Positions 27,648 to 40,950 are shown, counted from the first letter of the whole stretch. The stretch: 63,778 bases of DNA, filler included, from Octopus bimaculoides (GCF_001194135.2; 7 parts of 7 records of this genome joined end to end with filler, not necessarily neighbours in it); one strand, 5' to 3'. The notes: generated by a model not told the origin, from the sequence alone. A program made the numbers and translations.

Positions 27648-27997
27648 TAGCTGTGTGGTAGATACCTTGCTTACCATCCACATGGTTCCGGGTTTAGTCC
27701 GACTGCATAGCACACTGGGCAAGTATTTTCTACCAGAGCCTCGGACCGACCAAAGCCTTGTGAATGGATTTGGTTGACGGAAAATGAAAGAAGCCGTCGT
27801 ATGTGTATATATGCGTGTGTGTATGATTGTGTGTCTGTCTTTGTTCCTCCACTCTCGCTTGACAACCGATGCTGGTGTGTTTACGTCCCCGTAAATTAAC
27901 GGTTCGGCAAAGAGACCGATATAATAAGAACTAGGCTTACAAAGAATATGTTCTGGGGTCGACTTGTTCGACTGAAGGTGGTTCACCAGCATGGCCA
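27648..27997 (+). mobile_element. Second tRNA-derived SINE family (further copies about 4995-5075, 33147-33490, 33515-33690, 50080-50320, and - strand about 34020-34160)
   Basis: gtgtggta..ggttc head, gggcaagt(g/a)ttttctac, gaccaaagccttgtga, internal (TG)n, cttgacaaccgatg..ggttcggcaaa, tail ggtggt..ccagcatggcc. Confidence 0.75.
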
Positions 27998-28039
27998 GAA
28001 TAAATTACTGAAAAATATAAAAGAATACACACATACACA

Positions 28040-28090
<51 letters not shown>

Positions 28091-29340
28091 ATATATATAC
28101 ATATATATATACATATTCCAAAATTACTATTTACACCTGAATCAAATTATAATATATTCATTTACTAATATTCGAACTCAATATATATAGCTCACTCTAG
28201 AGAATGTCTCAAAAATAGAAAGAAGATTGTCATTTCATGTCACCAAGAGTAAGCCTGACCAGGAAATAATGAACAGGTAGCTGATTGTATGGTCGAACGC
28301 AGTAGGGTTTATAGATAAAAGTCCTACTTCTCAAGTGTTGTATTACAGTTAGCTGTTGATAACTTGAAAGGACAAGTAAAGTACAATTTCAATATTTTAT
28401 GGATATTTCTGAGATGCCAAATTTTCTCTATTATTGGAAATTCATTGTATAATGCACCGATGAAAAGATTAAACGACTACTTGCTGTGTGTAACCCATTG
28501 AGGATAGAAACATTAACACGATATGAAATATCTTCTTTGAGGAACTGAAAGCGGTGCACTATTGTTAGTCCAAAGAAGCAGTAATTAATAACATTATAGC
28601 GCTAGTTATTAAAGCATACGCAAGGGATCGTACATTTCCCTGCTGTTTAAAAGGTTGAAGTGACTTGCTATGGATATGAATTAAGTCTATGAATAATGTA
28701 TTGAATGTAGTATGTTATTATAATTAGAAACACGCACCGAAATCTAAGTGGAACTGGTATCAATTTTGCTGGTTTTATTTCTTAATACTATAGAATATAG
28801 TTTGAAATTACGTGCTGTGTAAATTCACATGAACATTTATTTGGTAAAAAAATATTTAAATTTAATTGATGATATTCATTAACAAAATTATAGCTGAATG
28901 ATAAGTGCTTACGCATTATTAAGCAAGCGTATGCTAAGAATTGTCACCTATAAGGAGTATGAAAATAATTAAGAAGTGTGGTTGGTTCTATGACAGAATT
29001 AGATTACAAATATTGCATATCCAGCATCATTTTAACGTTAAATCATCATCTGCATTAAAGACCATGCAAACACTACCAAAGAGAAGATCAAGCTGAAGTG
29101 TTAATAAATATCTGAAGGGGAGAATAGTTGTTAAAATACTAAAATTAATGAAAATATCGCGGAAGAAATAGAGCTTTAGCAGCATAATCGTAAATTTTGA
29201 CTTGGTGAATCACCGTACTGTTTCAGAGACAAGACTCTTGACAGCAAATTATGAAAGATTATCCTAGAGGAAAATTAACTGCCATTCCAATTGTACAAAA
29301 AATGCTGATAATTTTAAATTAGATGCACCAGTGTTAATGC

Positions 29341-29982
29341 TATTTTCTACTCTAGCCACAAGGCCCTTAAATATTGGGGAAGGAGCAAGTCGATTAGATC
29401 GACTCAGTAGGCAACTGGTACTTAATTTATGAACCCCGAAAGGATGAAAGGCAAACTCGATCTCGGCGGAATTTGAACTCAGAACGTGAAGACAGACGAA
29501 ATAACGCTAAGCATATCACCCGGTGTAATAAAGACTCTTATTTCTTTAATTCCCACAAGTCACTACACATAGAGAGGACAAACAAGGACAGACAAACAGA
29601 TGAAGTCGATTATATCGACCCCAATGCGTTACTGGTACTTATCTAATCGACCACCGAAAGGATGACAAGCGAAGTTGACCTCGGCGTAATTTGAACTCAA
29701 AACACGAAGACAGGCGAAATGCTTAGTGGCATTTCGCCTGGCGTGCTAACTTTTCTTATTTCTTTACTGCCCACAAGTGGCTACATACAGACGTGACAAA
29801 CAAGGACAGACAAACGGCTTAAGTCGCTATATCGACCGCAATGTATGAATGGTACTTATTTAATCGACCCCGAAAGGATGAAAGGCAAAGTCGACCTCGG
29901 CGGAATTTGAACGTAACGGCAAACGAAATACCGCTAAGCATTTGACCGGGCGTGCTAACGATTCTGCCAGCTCCCCGCCTTA
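29341..29982 (-). mobile_element. Trimer of the same SINE family
   Basis: Reverse complement of the units at 47929-48530, with the same order of tails. Confidence 0.85.
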
Positions 29983-32329
29983 CCACTGTTAATATTATTT
30001 CATGTTATTCCACGCTTTGTCGTTTAAGTATACTATGCAAATATTATTACTGTATTTATTGACAGAACTAATTATATAAAAATCAAATGAAGATAAACAT
30101 ATTTATCATAGTGTTTTTAACAGATTAATGGAAGTTTGCAATACAGATATCTAACAGAAATAACTTATACTGTAATCACGATCATCTCATATATATAAAA
30201 TCAAATGTGCATAGTTATGTTCTATGACTGTTAAAAATACACATCAGAAAGGTAGCATTAGCAATTGTGGAAACATTGATCTTCTGGCATATAAATAGTT
30301 AAGCCATCCTGTAACAACCTGAAATATTGTAGCCATCCCTTGGACCTAACAGGGTAGTGTGATCGATATATAAACTGGTGGTTAGAAGAGAGTAAGAGTT
30401 AAATCAATGAATAAGCTTGGAATTCGCACGCACAGAATTGTTGAAATGGTCAAAATAAATAGTACGAAAATAAAAGGTTGATTATTATAGCAAATGATTG
30501 AATTGCGGGATTGAGATGTATGAATGAAACATTCCCATAAAGATTTGAACAAAATAAACACTACTAAAATAAATTCGAAATAATGCAAGTAACTGCAGGA
30601 ATATAAGAGAGACAATTGCGAATGCGAAATGACAGGCAGATCGAGGTTAGTTCGACAGAAGGAGAATTAAAAGATAATCTGAAGAATATGAAGCAAGAAA
30701 AAAAGGAATTATGAAAAGAAGATCAAAGAAACGCAAAATAAATCTGTCATTCAAATAGTAATTGAAGGAAAGATGAAGGGAAGTTATAGAACGGCTGGAA
30801 GAGCGTAATGTGAACAAATAAAATAAAATCATGATGAAAAATAAATAATAGCCACTTCGTAAATTGCATTAAAAAGCAAAACACGCGAAATACACGTGCA
30901 AAATGTCGTTGGAAAATTGGAGGAAATACCAACAGGAAAACATGAAAAGAAGGATAAACGGATGGACATAGAATGCTAATTTGGATATTTGGAAAAGGAA
31001 ATCATGAATACAAGAAATCTACGGAAGAATCATGCAAAATATTCGAAAAATAATGTGCAAAAGCGGCATACAAATTACAGCATATGAAAATGGCGGAAGT
31101 GACGATTAGAGCTATAAACGTAAAAAAGTGTTGTAGACTAAAAAAAAAAAAATCATAAAACAATACGTTATAAAACAATATATGGAATCACCAACATTAT
31201 GTTACATGAGTTCAAAAAGTATTTAAAAGTACTCTTACACAAACATTTCCCAAGAAGACTAGAAGTTGAGATTATATTAATGATGTGTATGTGTAATTTA
31301 ATACCGGAGATTATTGTACTAGGAAATAATTATAAACTGTAAAAAGATAGAAGCTTTCAAACGGGGAACTGCACTAATGAATTTACAATTATGGTGGGAA
31401 ATAGTGACAACGGAATGTTCAGTTTACAAATACTGGCTAGTATAAGATAAATGTAGTACATGATTTGCATATTACAATTATAAATACGAGGATCATAACG
31501 AAATGGGTAAAATGTTTTCATAGTATATTCAATAAAGGTTTTAAAACAGTTATCCTAAAAAAGTCAAATTGTACTTTTAGAGTAGAAATTTAAATCAATA
31601 TTTTCAAGAATGTCTATAAATAAGGACCAATATCTAACAAATCTACCGCTAAAAGAAAAAAAAAATTAGAATAGGTAATCAAAAGCACAAGAGATCTACG
31701 TTACAGACTATTTTAGATATGTTTCTGTTTCAACAAAGACTGAACACAACATATATAATAGTATATGTAGCTACTTACGTATCGGAATGTTTTTACATTT
31801 TCCGTAGAGAGTCAAATACATAAACTTGACACTAAGCTCATGTATGTCAAAATAGCACATGCAGATAGAGGGTATATATGAGTGTAATCGATGTCCATAT
31901 AATCGGGTGAATGTTAACGCGAATAGCTTGTATTGAATGAATTTGCTCACGATTGTCGAACCATTTGACCAAACTATTTATTGCATCAGTACTCATTCTG
32001 TAAAATCTCAAATAAACCCACAGTATTAATAACCAGAATGCCTGTGACTATGAATCTGTTTGAAGTTGGTTGTCTTGTGACAAAGTGACAGGATGAACAT
32101 TATGGAACTTTACTGAAATCATCATTAGACCACATCATATTTGAATCCATTAAACCGGTCAGTTTTGATTTTAATATCGCTAATTACATCATTTATATCG
32201 CTATCAAGAGAAACGACTTCGTCAATGGTTTACATAATCAACCATGGAAAGGATTATGTAAACATAGTATCACATTAAGAGACGAGGAGCAAAACGGCAT
32301 GGCATATCATTAGCGAGTATCCGAAATTC

Positions 32330-32913
32330 GCACAAAGCGATTACCAAAGACGGTATGATAATGTGGCAAGAATGATCTATTGGGAGCTCTCTTGAAATCA
32401 GGGCCTACAAAAAGAGCTAGTACATGGTATGAGCAAACGCCGGAAGGAGAAATCGAGAATGAAGATTCCGACATCCTGTGGCAGTCAATGCTTCAGTGCG
32501 ATCACCTGACCAGACATAGGAAACCGGACACTGCTGTGGTGAATGAGAAAACAAACTTCCGTAATAATCAACAGAACGTGCCCCGGTAACAAAAGAGTCA
32601 AAGTGACAGAAGAAAAACCGGACCGGACGAGTACGACGCTTTGAAGTGGGAAATACGAAGGCTATGGTCAATGAAGAGAGTAAACCTGGTACCAGTAGTA
32701 ATTGGCGCACTTGAAAGTATTAGCACTCAACTTCCAACGTGGCTTAAAATGATTGGTGCAAATGTAAAAAACAGGACGCGTAGAAAAATCAGGATTACTT
32801 GGAACTTCAAGAATTCTTCGCAGGGTTCTTGAAGCATCACGAGTAAACAGGTATCACCTAAACCTGCTGGATGTGGACAGCTGTTACTTTCCATCATACT
32901 CAATAAAATAAGC

Positions 32914-32968
<55 letters not shown>
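32330..32968 (+). mobile_element. 3' end of an RLE-type (R4/Dong-like) LINE with (AAT)n tail
   Basis: WYEQTPEGEIENEDSDILW, HRKPDTAVV, LKWEIRRLWSMKRVNLVPVVIGAL (restriction-like endonuclease C-terminus), then an (AAT)n tail running into the gap. Confidence 0.75.
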
Positions 32969-34436
32969 NNNNNNNNNNNNNNNNNNNNNNNNNNNNNNNN
33001 NNNNNNNNNNNNTTAATTAATTAANNNNNNNNNNNNNNNNNNNNNNNNNNNNNNNNNNNNNNNNNNNNTATATATATATATATATATATATACACATGCA
33101 TATATACACACACACATATGTATGTGTGTGTGTATATATATGTATAGGAGTGGCTGTGTGGTAAGAAGCTTGCTTCTCAACCACACTGTTCAAGGTTCAG
33201 TCCTACTGCACAGCATGTTGGGAAAGTGTCTTTTACTATAACCTCAGGCTGACAAAAGCCTTGTGAGTGGAATTGGTAGACGGAAACTGAAAGAACCCCG
33301 TTGTGTATATATATGTATGTGTGTGTTTGTCCATTGCTTGACAACCAATGTTAGTGTGTTTATGTCCCCATAACTTAGTGGTTCAGCAAAAGAGACCGAT
33401 AGAATAAGCCCTGGGGTCGATTTGATCGACTAAAGGTGGTGCTCCAGCCTGGCCGCAGTCAAATGACTGAAACAAGTAAAAGAATAAAGGAATATAATAT
33501 ATATATATTACTATAGCCTCAGGCCCACCAATGTTGCTGTGTTTACATCCCCCGTAACAGCCGTTTGGCAAAACACACCATTAGAATAAGTACGAGGATT
33601 ACAAAGAATAAATCCTGGGGTCAATTTCTTTGTCTAAAGGTGGTGCTCCAGCAAGGCCTCAGTCACATGACTGAAAGAAATAAAACAATAAAAAACTATG
33701 CCATTTTAATCTCGAGCGATGCCAGGTATCTCTGCTAGTCATATATGTATATATGTTTGAGTGTGGATGTGTTTAGGCCTCCTCTTCACATCACGAGATA
33801 GTTGTGTCCATGTCATGCAAGTAGTGTCATACATTTCTATGAGAATATATCCACTGATGGAGATATATTACCTTGCATGGAAACAAGTGAGTGCTGGCAA
33901 CAGAGAATGCATCTGATCCTAGAAAATTTGCCTCAGCAAATTCCATGTGACCTCATGAAACATAGAAATTTGGATTTTAAAATGATGTTGATGATGACAC
34001 AAACATATAACAAGATTCTTTCTATTTCAGCAAGTACTCACAAAGCTTTGGTCAACCAAGAGCTATTGCAGAAGACACATGTCCATGGTGCCAGACAGTG
34101 AGATTGATCCTAAACTATGTGGTTAGGAAACAAACTTCCTACCACACAGCCATGCCTGCACTTATTAATACTTAAAATACTGCTTTACAAGATAAATGTA
34201 AATTTCATCTTTATTATTTTTTTGTTTTTTTAGTAATAAAAAATAGAGAGAAAGGAAAGCAAATCAGCAACTATTACTCTCCAGCAAAAAAACAGCAAAG
34301 TAAATTGTGACCAGCAGTGTGTAACAGCACCTGATAGCCTTGTCGATATCGTAATACTGTGCTATATGCATTCTCTTTAATCCCTTATTCAGTTATTCTC
34401 AGAATATTCAGGTTACATAAGTTAAAATAATTCTTG

Positions 34437-34442
34437 TTTATT
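34437..34442 (-). promoter_or_regulatory. Candidate polyadenylation signal for gamma-tubulin
   Basis: First AATAAA on the - strand that I found after the stop, about 180 nt downstream; another at 34210-34215. Sequence-only guess. Confidence 0.3.
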
Positions 34443-34621
34443 TTGTTTTTCTAGTGCTGGTCTAAGCTGTTGCTGGCGATACCACATCCATCAACACATC
34501 TCATTGCTATGCCATTTTTTAAATGAGGTCAACTTAAATGGCCAATTTACTATCTCAGAAATTGGAAATTTTAACACATATTACGAAACAGGAAAAAAGG
34601 AAAAAAAAGCACTCTATGCAA

Positions 34622-34822
34622 TCAACATACATTCTTCATGCCCCAAGAAAGATACTCTGAGTTGGTAGCAGCATGATATTCATCCACCAATTGTTGCAAA
34701 ACTTCTCTGGAAGCATCAAATTCTGATAAATCATCGTGGAACATAGGTTCTTTCTTAAATGTTTCCATAAAAGCTTCTCGTTTCCGCAGTTTATCATAAT
34801 GTGACATGGTCCTTTCAAACAA
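34622..34822 (-). CDS. TUBG1: Gamma-tubulin, terminal coding exon
   Basis: ttgcag acceptor, phase 0 in register with the upstream exon. [66 protein letters not shown] matches the gamma-tubulin C-terminus ([21 protein letters not shown]). Confidence 0.97.
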   Translation of the reverse strand: MFERTMSHYDKLRKREAFMETFKKEPMFHDDLSEFDASREVLQQLVDEYHAATNSEYLSWGMKNVC

Positions 34823-34974
34823 CTGCAATAAAATGTTTATAAATAGAAAATATTAATATCTTACATAAGGGACAAGTTTTTATACTTATGAGGTAAATTT
34901 CATATTGTAACATTAAAATGCCTTCCGACAGCTCTATTGCCATGTTCAAATGCATTCAACATATTTAATTTCCC

Positions 34975-35079
34975 CATCATCATCATCATCATCATCGTTT
35001 AACGTCCGCTTTCCATGCTAGCATGGGTTGGACGATTTGACTGAGGACTGGTGAAACCAGATGGCTACACCAGGCTCCA
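34975..35079 (-). mobile_element. 5'-truncated copy of the same (GAT)n-tailed SINE
   Basis: About 105 nt nearly identical to 46657-46765 (catcatc-gtttaacgtccgctttccatgctagcatgggttggacgatttgactgaggactggtgaaacc). Confidence 0.8.
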
Positions 35080-35835
35080 ATATGATTGCTACAGAGAAGT
35101 GAGGAGGGGAGTAAAGAGAGTGGTGAGGGTGGTGAAATGGGAGACGAGTAAAAGATTCGGGAAAAAGCTGAGTGAAAATTTTGTAAGAAATAAAAAGATG
35201 TTTTGGAAAGAGGTACAGAGGGTAAGAAAGGTGGTTGGAGGAAAAGAAGAAAGGGTGAAGGATGTAAATGGAAATTTGTTGAAAGGAAGTGAGGATGTAC
35301 AAAGGAAATGGGCAGAGTATTTTAGTGAGCTGTTAAATATGGGGGATTATAGGGAGGCAAGTATAGTGACTGTAGGAGGAGAGAGAGGAGAATACCTGTT
35401 GGGGGAATGGAACTATGGTGCAATTGGAAGAGAGGAGGTGAGGGAATCTCTGCAGAAGATGGCAAACTGGAAGGCACCAGGTATAGATGGGTGTACAGTG
35501 GAATGCCTACAGAAAGGGGGAGTGACAGTGATTGAATGGTTAGTGAGGCTTATGTTTGTTATATGGCTGGAAGAGTACCAAAGGACTGGTGCAGTGCCTG
35601 TATAGTGCCACTGTACAAGGGGAAAGGGGATAAATGTGAGTGTGGAAATTTTAGGGGTATAAGTCTGTTGTGTGTGGCTGATAAACTTTATGGAAGAATT
35701 CTGGTTGTTAGGGTGAGGAACCAGACAGAGAGTGTACTAGGGGAAGAGTAGTGTGGTTTTAGGAGTGGAAGGGGGTGTACAGATAAAATATTTGTAGTAA
35801 GACAGATGTGTGAGAAGTTTTTGGCAAAAGGGAGG
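35080..35835 (+). mobile_element. LINE reverse transcriptase fragment (RTE-like) in gamma-tubulin last intron
   Basis: KMFWKEV, KWAEYFSELLN, KAPGIDG, IVPLYKGKGDKCECGNFRGISLL, CGFRSGRGCTDKIFVVRQMCEK (early RT motifs); frameshift near 35550 and a stop at 35749. Confidence 0.85.
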
Positions 35836-36942
35836 GAGGTGTATTGTGCAATTCTAGTCTGTCTCCTTCCTTTCTTTTGCCTCTCTCTCACCTTCTATTT
35901 TTTGTCTCTTTCCCCCTATGCCACTCACTGTCTCTCTCTCTCCTCCTCCTCCTGTTGCTCTCTAGTTGCTGACTCTTCCTCCCTCCTTCCATTATCACAT
36001 GACCCGTCACGATTAAAGGCAGTGTCATTCTTTTTTACCTGATCGGACATACTTCTCTGAACTCTTTGCTCTACCTCTCTCTTGTGTTTGGTTTAGTCCT
36101 GTAGGACAGTTTTCATTTTCCCTTTCATTACTCCACACTTGTTTGTCTGCTAGCCCATGACTTTTTTTTTTTGTTGTGTATGTATTATTATTTTGTTGTC
36201 TTTGCCTGGCCCTAATGCCCTATTCTGTTTATTTCTTCGCCTTTTTTTACCCTGTTTCTCTTTGTTATCTGTCTTGTTTTGGTCACTTCCACAAGTTCAC
36301 ATGCTGGTTGCCTCCAGGGTGGATGTAATATTATTGATAATGGTATGAAATTATATTTGATGCTCTGGCCTATAACTGATGAGGAATTTGTGACCTGTGT
36401 TTGTTCTCCATTCATCTGTGCATTCAGTATGCCTTTCCATCCTTCCTTTGCTTATTACTATATGATTTACCATATATATATATATATATATATATATATC
36501 TGTTTGTGTGTGTATACATGTGTATATCTATATGTATATGTGTACGCCTGTATAAATATATATTATATAAAATGTACTTGTACATATCTAAGTATGGATG
36601 TATTCATGTATATATGTGTGCCTAAATGTTTTTATATATGTCTATATCTATACACACATATAAATCTACATTCTTACACTTGTATTTGTCTATCTGTGAA
36701 CATATGTAGGTATCAACATGCATGTGTATATGTATCTATATATGTATGTCTGTAAAAATTGATTTCAATAATACAATGTATATTATATATGTATAGATGT
36801 ACTGATGTATGTCTCTGTGTGTGTACATGTATATACACTATGTATATATAAACTTCCTTTTTAAGAGCATGTGTTTGAAAGGTTAAATGAAAGCACTCAT
36901 ACTAGAAAAAAACTTCCCCAAAAAGTTTAACAACATCCTGAT

Positions 36943-37477
36943 CATTTCATTTTCATTTTATCTAGTTTCAGCTCATGAGCTGTGGCCATGCTGGGGTACC
37001 ACCATTTGGTGTTGCTACATAATTTTACTTCACAAATATTACTTCAGGAATTGACATTTGGTGCATGAGAGAGTTTGATGCAGCTGCTCTCATCTGCACC
37101 TCCTGCCGCGAAGTTGGTTCATCTGGGACACTTGACAGGAAGAGGTCCAACTTTATTTTGAAGATACCTATATCCATCCCATGCAGGTCTCTCAGGTCCT
37201 TCGGGCAGATATTGAAGAGTTGTGGACCTCTGAAGTATCTCGTCCTACATCTTGATGGCAAATTTGGAGTCCTTGGCACTATGCAGTGGCGTCCAGTTCT
37301 TTTATTTGTGTAACTTTCGATGCCAAAGTTTGGGACAAGTCCTTTGAGGATCTTCCAGATGTATATTATGGCATATCTTTCTCGCCTACGCTCTAAGGAA
37401 TAGAGTCTTAATCTCTTGAGTCTTTCCCAATAGGTTATATGCTGCATAGAGGCTATCTTCATCGTGTAAAAAATCAC
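36943..37477 (-). mobile_element. 3' end of a CR1/L2-group LINE with 3' UTR and (GAAAT)-like tail
   Basis: YWERLKRLRLYSLERRRERYAIIYIWKIL...GPQLFNICPKDLR...FKIKLDLFLSSVPDEP is a typical non-LTR ORF2 C-terminus; ends in short tandem gaaat repeats. Confidence 0.8.
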
Positions 37478-37586
37478 CTTTACACTTCAAAACTGTATTC
37501 TCATAGACTTTTAAATATACATATCTACAAGTATGTATATATGTATATGACTATATGTGTCTTTGTCTACATATTTATGTATGTAA

Positions 37587-37621
<35 letters not shown>

Positions 37622-37631
37622 NNNNNNNNNN

Positions 37632-37662
<31 letters not shown>

Positions 37663-37697
37663 AGAATTCACAAAAAAACAAAAGACGAAGATAGGTG

Positions 37698-37754
37698 GTG
37701 TAGACAACAAACAGGTGTATTAGTTAAACTAATACACCTGTTTGTTGTCTACAC
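37698..37754. repeat. Perfect 57-bp palindrome (28-bp arms, 1-nt centre)
   Basis: gtgtagacaacaaacaggtgtattagtt-a-aactaatacacctgtttgttgtctacac. Confidence 0.95.
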
Positions 37755-37864
37755 TGCTTGGGAAGTGAAAAAGTCTTTAATGTTTCGAGCCTACGCTCTT
37801 CCACAGAAAGGAACATAGAAAGAAACAAGGAGAGAAAATAAAGAATGTGTAGTGGCTAGCGATC

Positions 37865-37899
<35 letters not shown>

Positions 37900-40339
37900 A
37901 GTGTTAGGTGTGATGTACAGAAGTAAATATTGAAAAAAAAGTCGTCAGAATTTTGGAATAACTTCTTTCATTTATTTTATACATATATGACTAGACTAGT
38001 TTCAGGGTGTTTCCCCTTGTCAATGCAGAGCAGCCAGGCGGCNNNNNNNNNNNNNNNNNNNNNNNNNNNNNNNNNNNNNNNNNNNNNNNNNNNNNNNNNN
38101 NNNNNNNNNNNNNNNNNNNNNNNNNNNNNNNNNNNNNNNNNNNNNNNNNNNNNNNNNNNNNNNNNNNNNNNNNNNNNNNNNNNNNNNNNNNNNNNNNNNN
38201 NNNNNNNNNNNNNNNNNNNNNNNNNNNNNNNNNNNNNNNNNNNNNNNNNNNNNNNNNNNNNNNNNNNNNNNNNNNNNNNNNNNNNNNNNNNNNNNNNNNN
38301 NNNNNNNNNNNNNNNNNNNNNNNNNNNNNNNNNNNNNNNNNNNNNNNNNNNNNATAATTTTTTTTCTATTGCTTTTAGATACTAACAATGTTTATATATA
38401 TAGGTATAGAAATATTTTTAATGTATCTACCAGTATTATAACTATAATTTTGTATTTTAAATGATATTTTAATAAATGCATATTAATATTGTTTTTCCAT
38501 ATGTTTACCTTATATGCTTTAATTGGTGACACTTTGGCATGTGATCTAAAAGGGAGATTACTTTTAAAATTATTTTGTACATACTTAGCATTGTAAATGT
38601 ATTTTTTCAAAATTCTTGCTATTTTAATAAGAAAACCATATAATAATTAAAATAAGTGCATAGATCACCCAGCAAAGTAAATTTGCTTACTTAGATCACA
38701 CGAAAAATAGCACAAACACAAAGTAAACTAAAGTAATCTCTCTTGTATATCATATGCCAAAGTAGCATCCTTTAATCTATCCCAATCTACAGAACTAAAT
38801 TATATTAACCTTATTCTACATTACAACCTATTCTCTATTTACTTATGTATTTGAACCACTAATCTTTAATTTAATGTTGTTCATATTTTTCTTGTTGATA
38901 TCAAACTCTATATTTCATAAACTCTGTCTCTATGAACGATAAATATATGATTTTCCTCTTCTTATACCAAAACTATCTAATAATTATTTCTTAATATCTT
39001 AATAAATCCCCCTTCTCCTCTGAGAAAACTGTATTATCAATCTATATTAATTTTATTCTCAATGTCTACCATACTTTTTATGAATTAAAAAAAAATTAAT
39101 ATTGTTCATATTTCTTTTGTTGAAATCAATTCCTATATTTTGTAAACATTGTCTCTAAATACATTTAAGTTTCAGTTTGTTTTTATTACATTTTTTCTTA
39201 TTTTACAATCTTTTATTTTCTAGATTTTAGTAATATGTCACTTTTCTTTTATTATACTAATACCTACAAGTTACTTTTTAATTATATTACTAAAATTCCC
39301 TTCCATTTGTTAGACAATCATCGTATTATTTTATATTAATTTCATTATTATTGTCTTCTATAACTTTTAACATTCTATTTAAAAAATTAACAAAAAATGT
39401 TCTTTCACCTAAGGACATAGCTTAATTTCTGCATAGCTTGTATTAATTGTATATTTTTGCATTAATGCAGATATGCAATTGATTTATTATCTATATACTA
39501 TTAGAAGTGAAGTTCAATCTTGTTTGCAATGTTACACAACCAAACTGGCACATAATAGGAAAATACTTTGAAAGTAAAGTGCCCTTGAAATGTGAATACA
39601 AACGGAATAAAAGAAGTTTTGCATAAATCAGACCAGTAGTTATTGAGATATTTGGTGTTTTGGGGTATAAATACCCAGAACGGTGCATAATGGGGAAAAT
39701 ACTCTGAAAATAACTTTACCCCGAAAGAGAAGAAACTCTAACCTTTCCATTAGAAACATGATGATAGGTAAAATGACTTTAAAAATACGGTAAATATTTC
39801 ATAAAAGATCCATTCATAACCTCAGTGTGAAATAGTTTTTTTCCATAGGTTTCTTTCAAGTGAATTCAATGTATCTCGCCTCCAAAGATTAGGCTGCTAT
39901 TTCTAGCACACCCTGCCACCACATAACAGCCATTTGTGATAAAGCACCCGAAATAACTTTTACATGATAGCAGGGTGTGCAAGAAGTAGCAGCCAAATCT
40001 TTCCTTTTCTGGGGAAAGGAGCTGTTTACGTATAATTTTGATATCACATTTGTTGAAAGCATGCCAAATACCATGAGAAAGGAAAAAAATACCCACAAAA
40101 CAAAACTCCAATGCTGGGAAAATCAGACTTCCCTGGTGACCCGACAGGTCATGGGTAGTCTAGTTAAATATAACAATATAAATTATCTTTACATGCTTTA
40201 AATTATAAAACAATTTGCTGTGATATTTGAATTGTTTTATAGTTAAATAAATTTTCATCATACTATTTCTCTTGTCATTTATAACTTTATATATATCTAT
40301 TCATACACACACCACCAAACATACAAATGCAATTGTGGC

Positions 40340-40950
40340 TGAGGAGGAGGGAGAAGAACTAGTGGAAGAATTGCTGTTGTTGAGGCACTGTAAAAAGCAG
40401 CATACCAACATGCCTATGGCCCAAACTGACTTTAGAAGTTGAAATCAAAAGGGGTGTCTTCTAAGGTGATTCATTTTCACCATTACTATTTTGTCATAGC
40501 ATTTATACCTATAATACTGACACTAAGGAAAGTGAAAATGAGATGCCAATGTGGAAAGGAAGGGTTATTTACAAAGCATTTTCTGTTTATGGATGACCTG
40601 AAATTGCTTGGACTGTTTGAAAACCAGATAGATTCTTTGGTTAATACTGTCCAGATATGTAGCAGTGATATTGGTATGGAGTTTGGAATTTCCAAGTGCT
40701 CTATGCTCAATATGAAAGTAGGGAAGAAAGCAACCTGCAGTGGATTATGGCTACCATCAGGAGAAACCAGAAGATAGTGGATACAAGTATTTGAGGACTT
40801 TAGAAGTGGATATATACAGAAATGAAAAAATGGTTAGAGAGATGTATTTACAAAGAGTAAAAATTGTTTTAAAATCCAACCCGAATGCAAGGAATCTAGT
40901 CACTACAATGAATATCTGGGCAGTTGCAGTGGTGAGATATATAGTGTGTC
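40340..40950 (+). mobile_element. RLE-type (R4/Dong-like) LINE RT fragment, antisense in gamma-tubulin last intron
   Basis: HFLFMDDLKL, VNTVQICSSDIGMEFGISKC, GYKYL, YLQRVKIVLKS..NARNLVTTMNIWAVAVVRY. Confidence 0.75.

Noticed and set aside
34622-34636. C-terminal Cys of gamma-tubulin (KNVC*) as a prenylation signal
   Set aside because: CaaX needs Cys fourth from the end; here it is the last residue.
37698-37754. Pre-miRNA call for the perfect hairpin
   Set aside because: A mismatch-free stem with a 1-nt loop is atypical of pre-miRNAs, and there is no read evidence.
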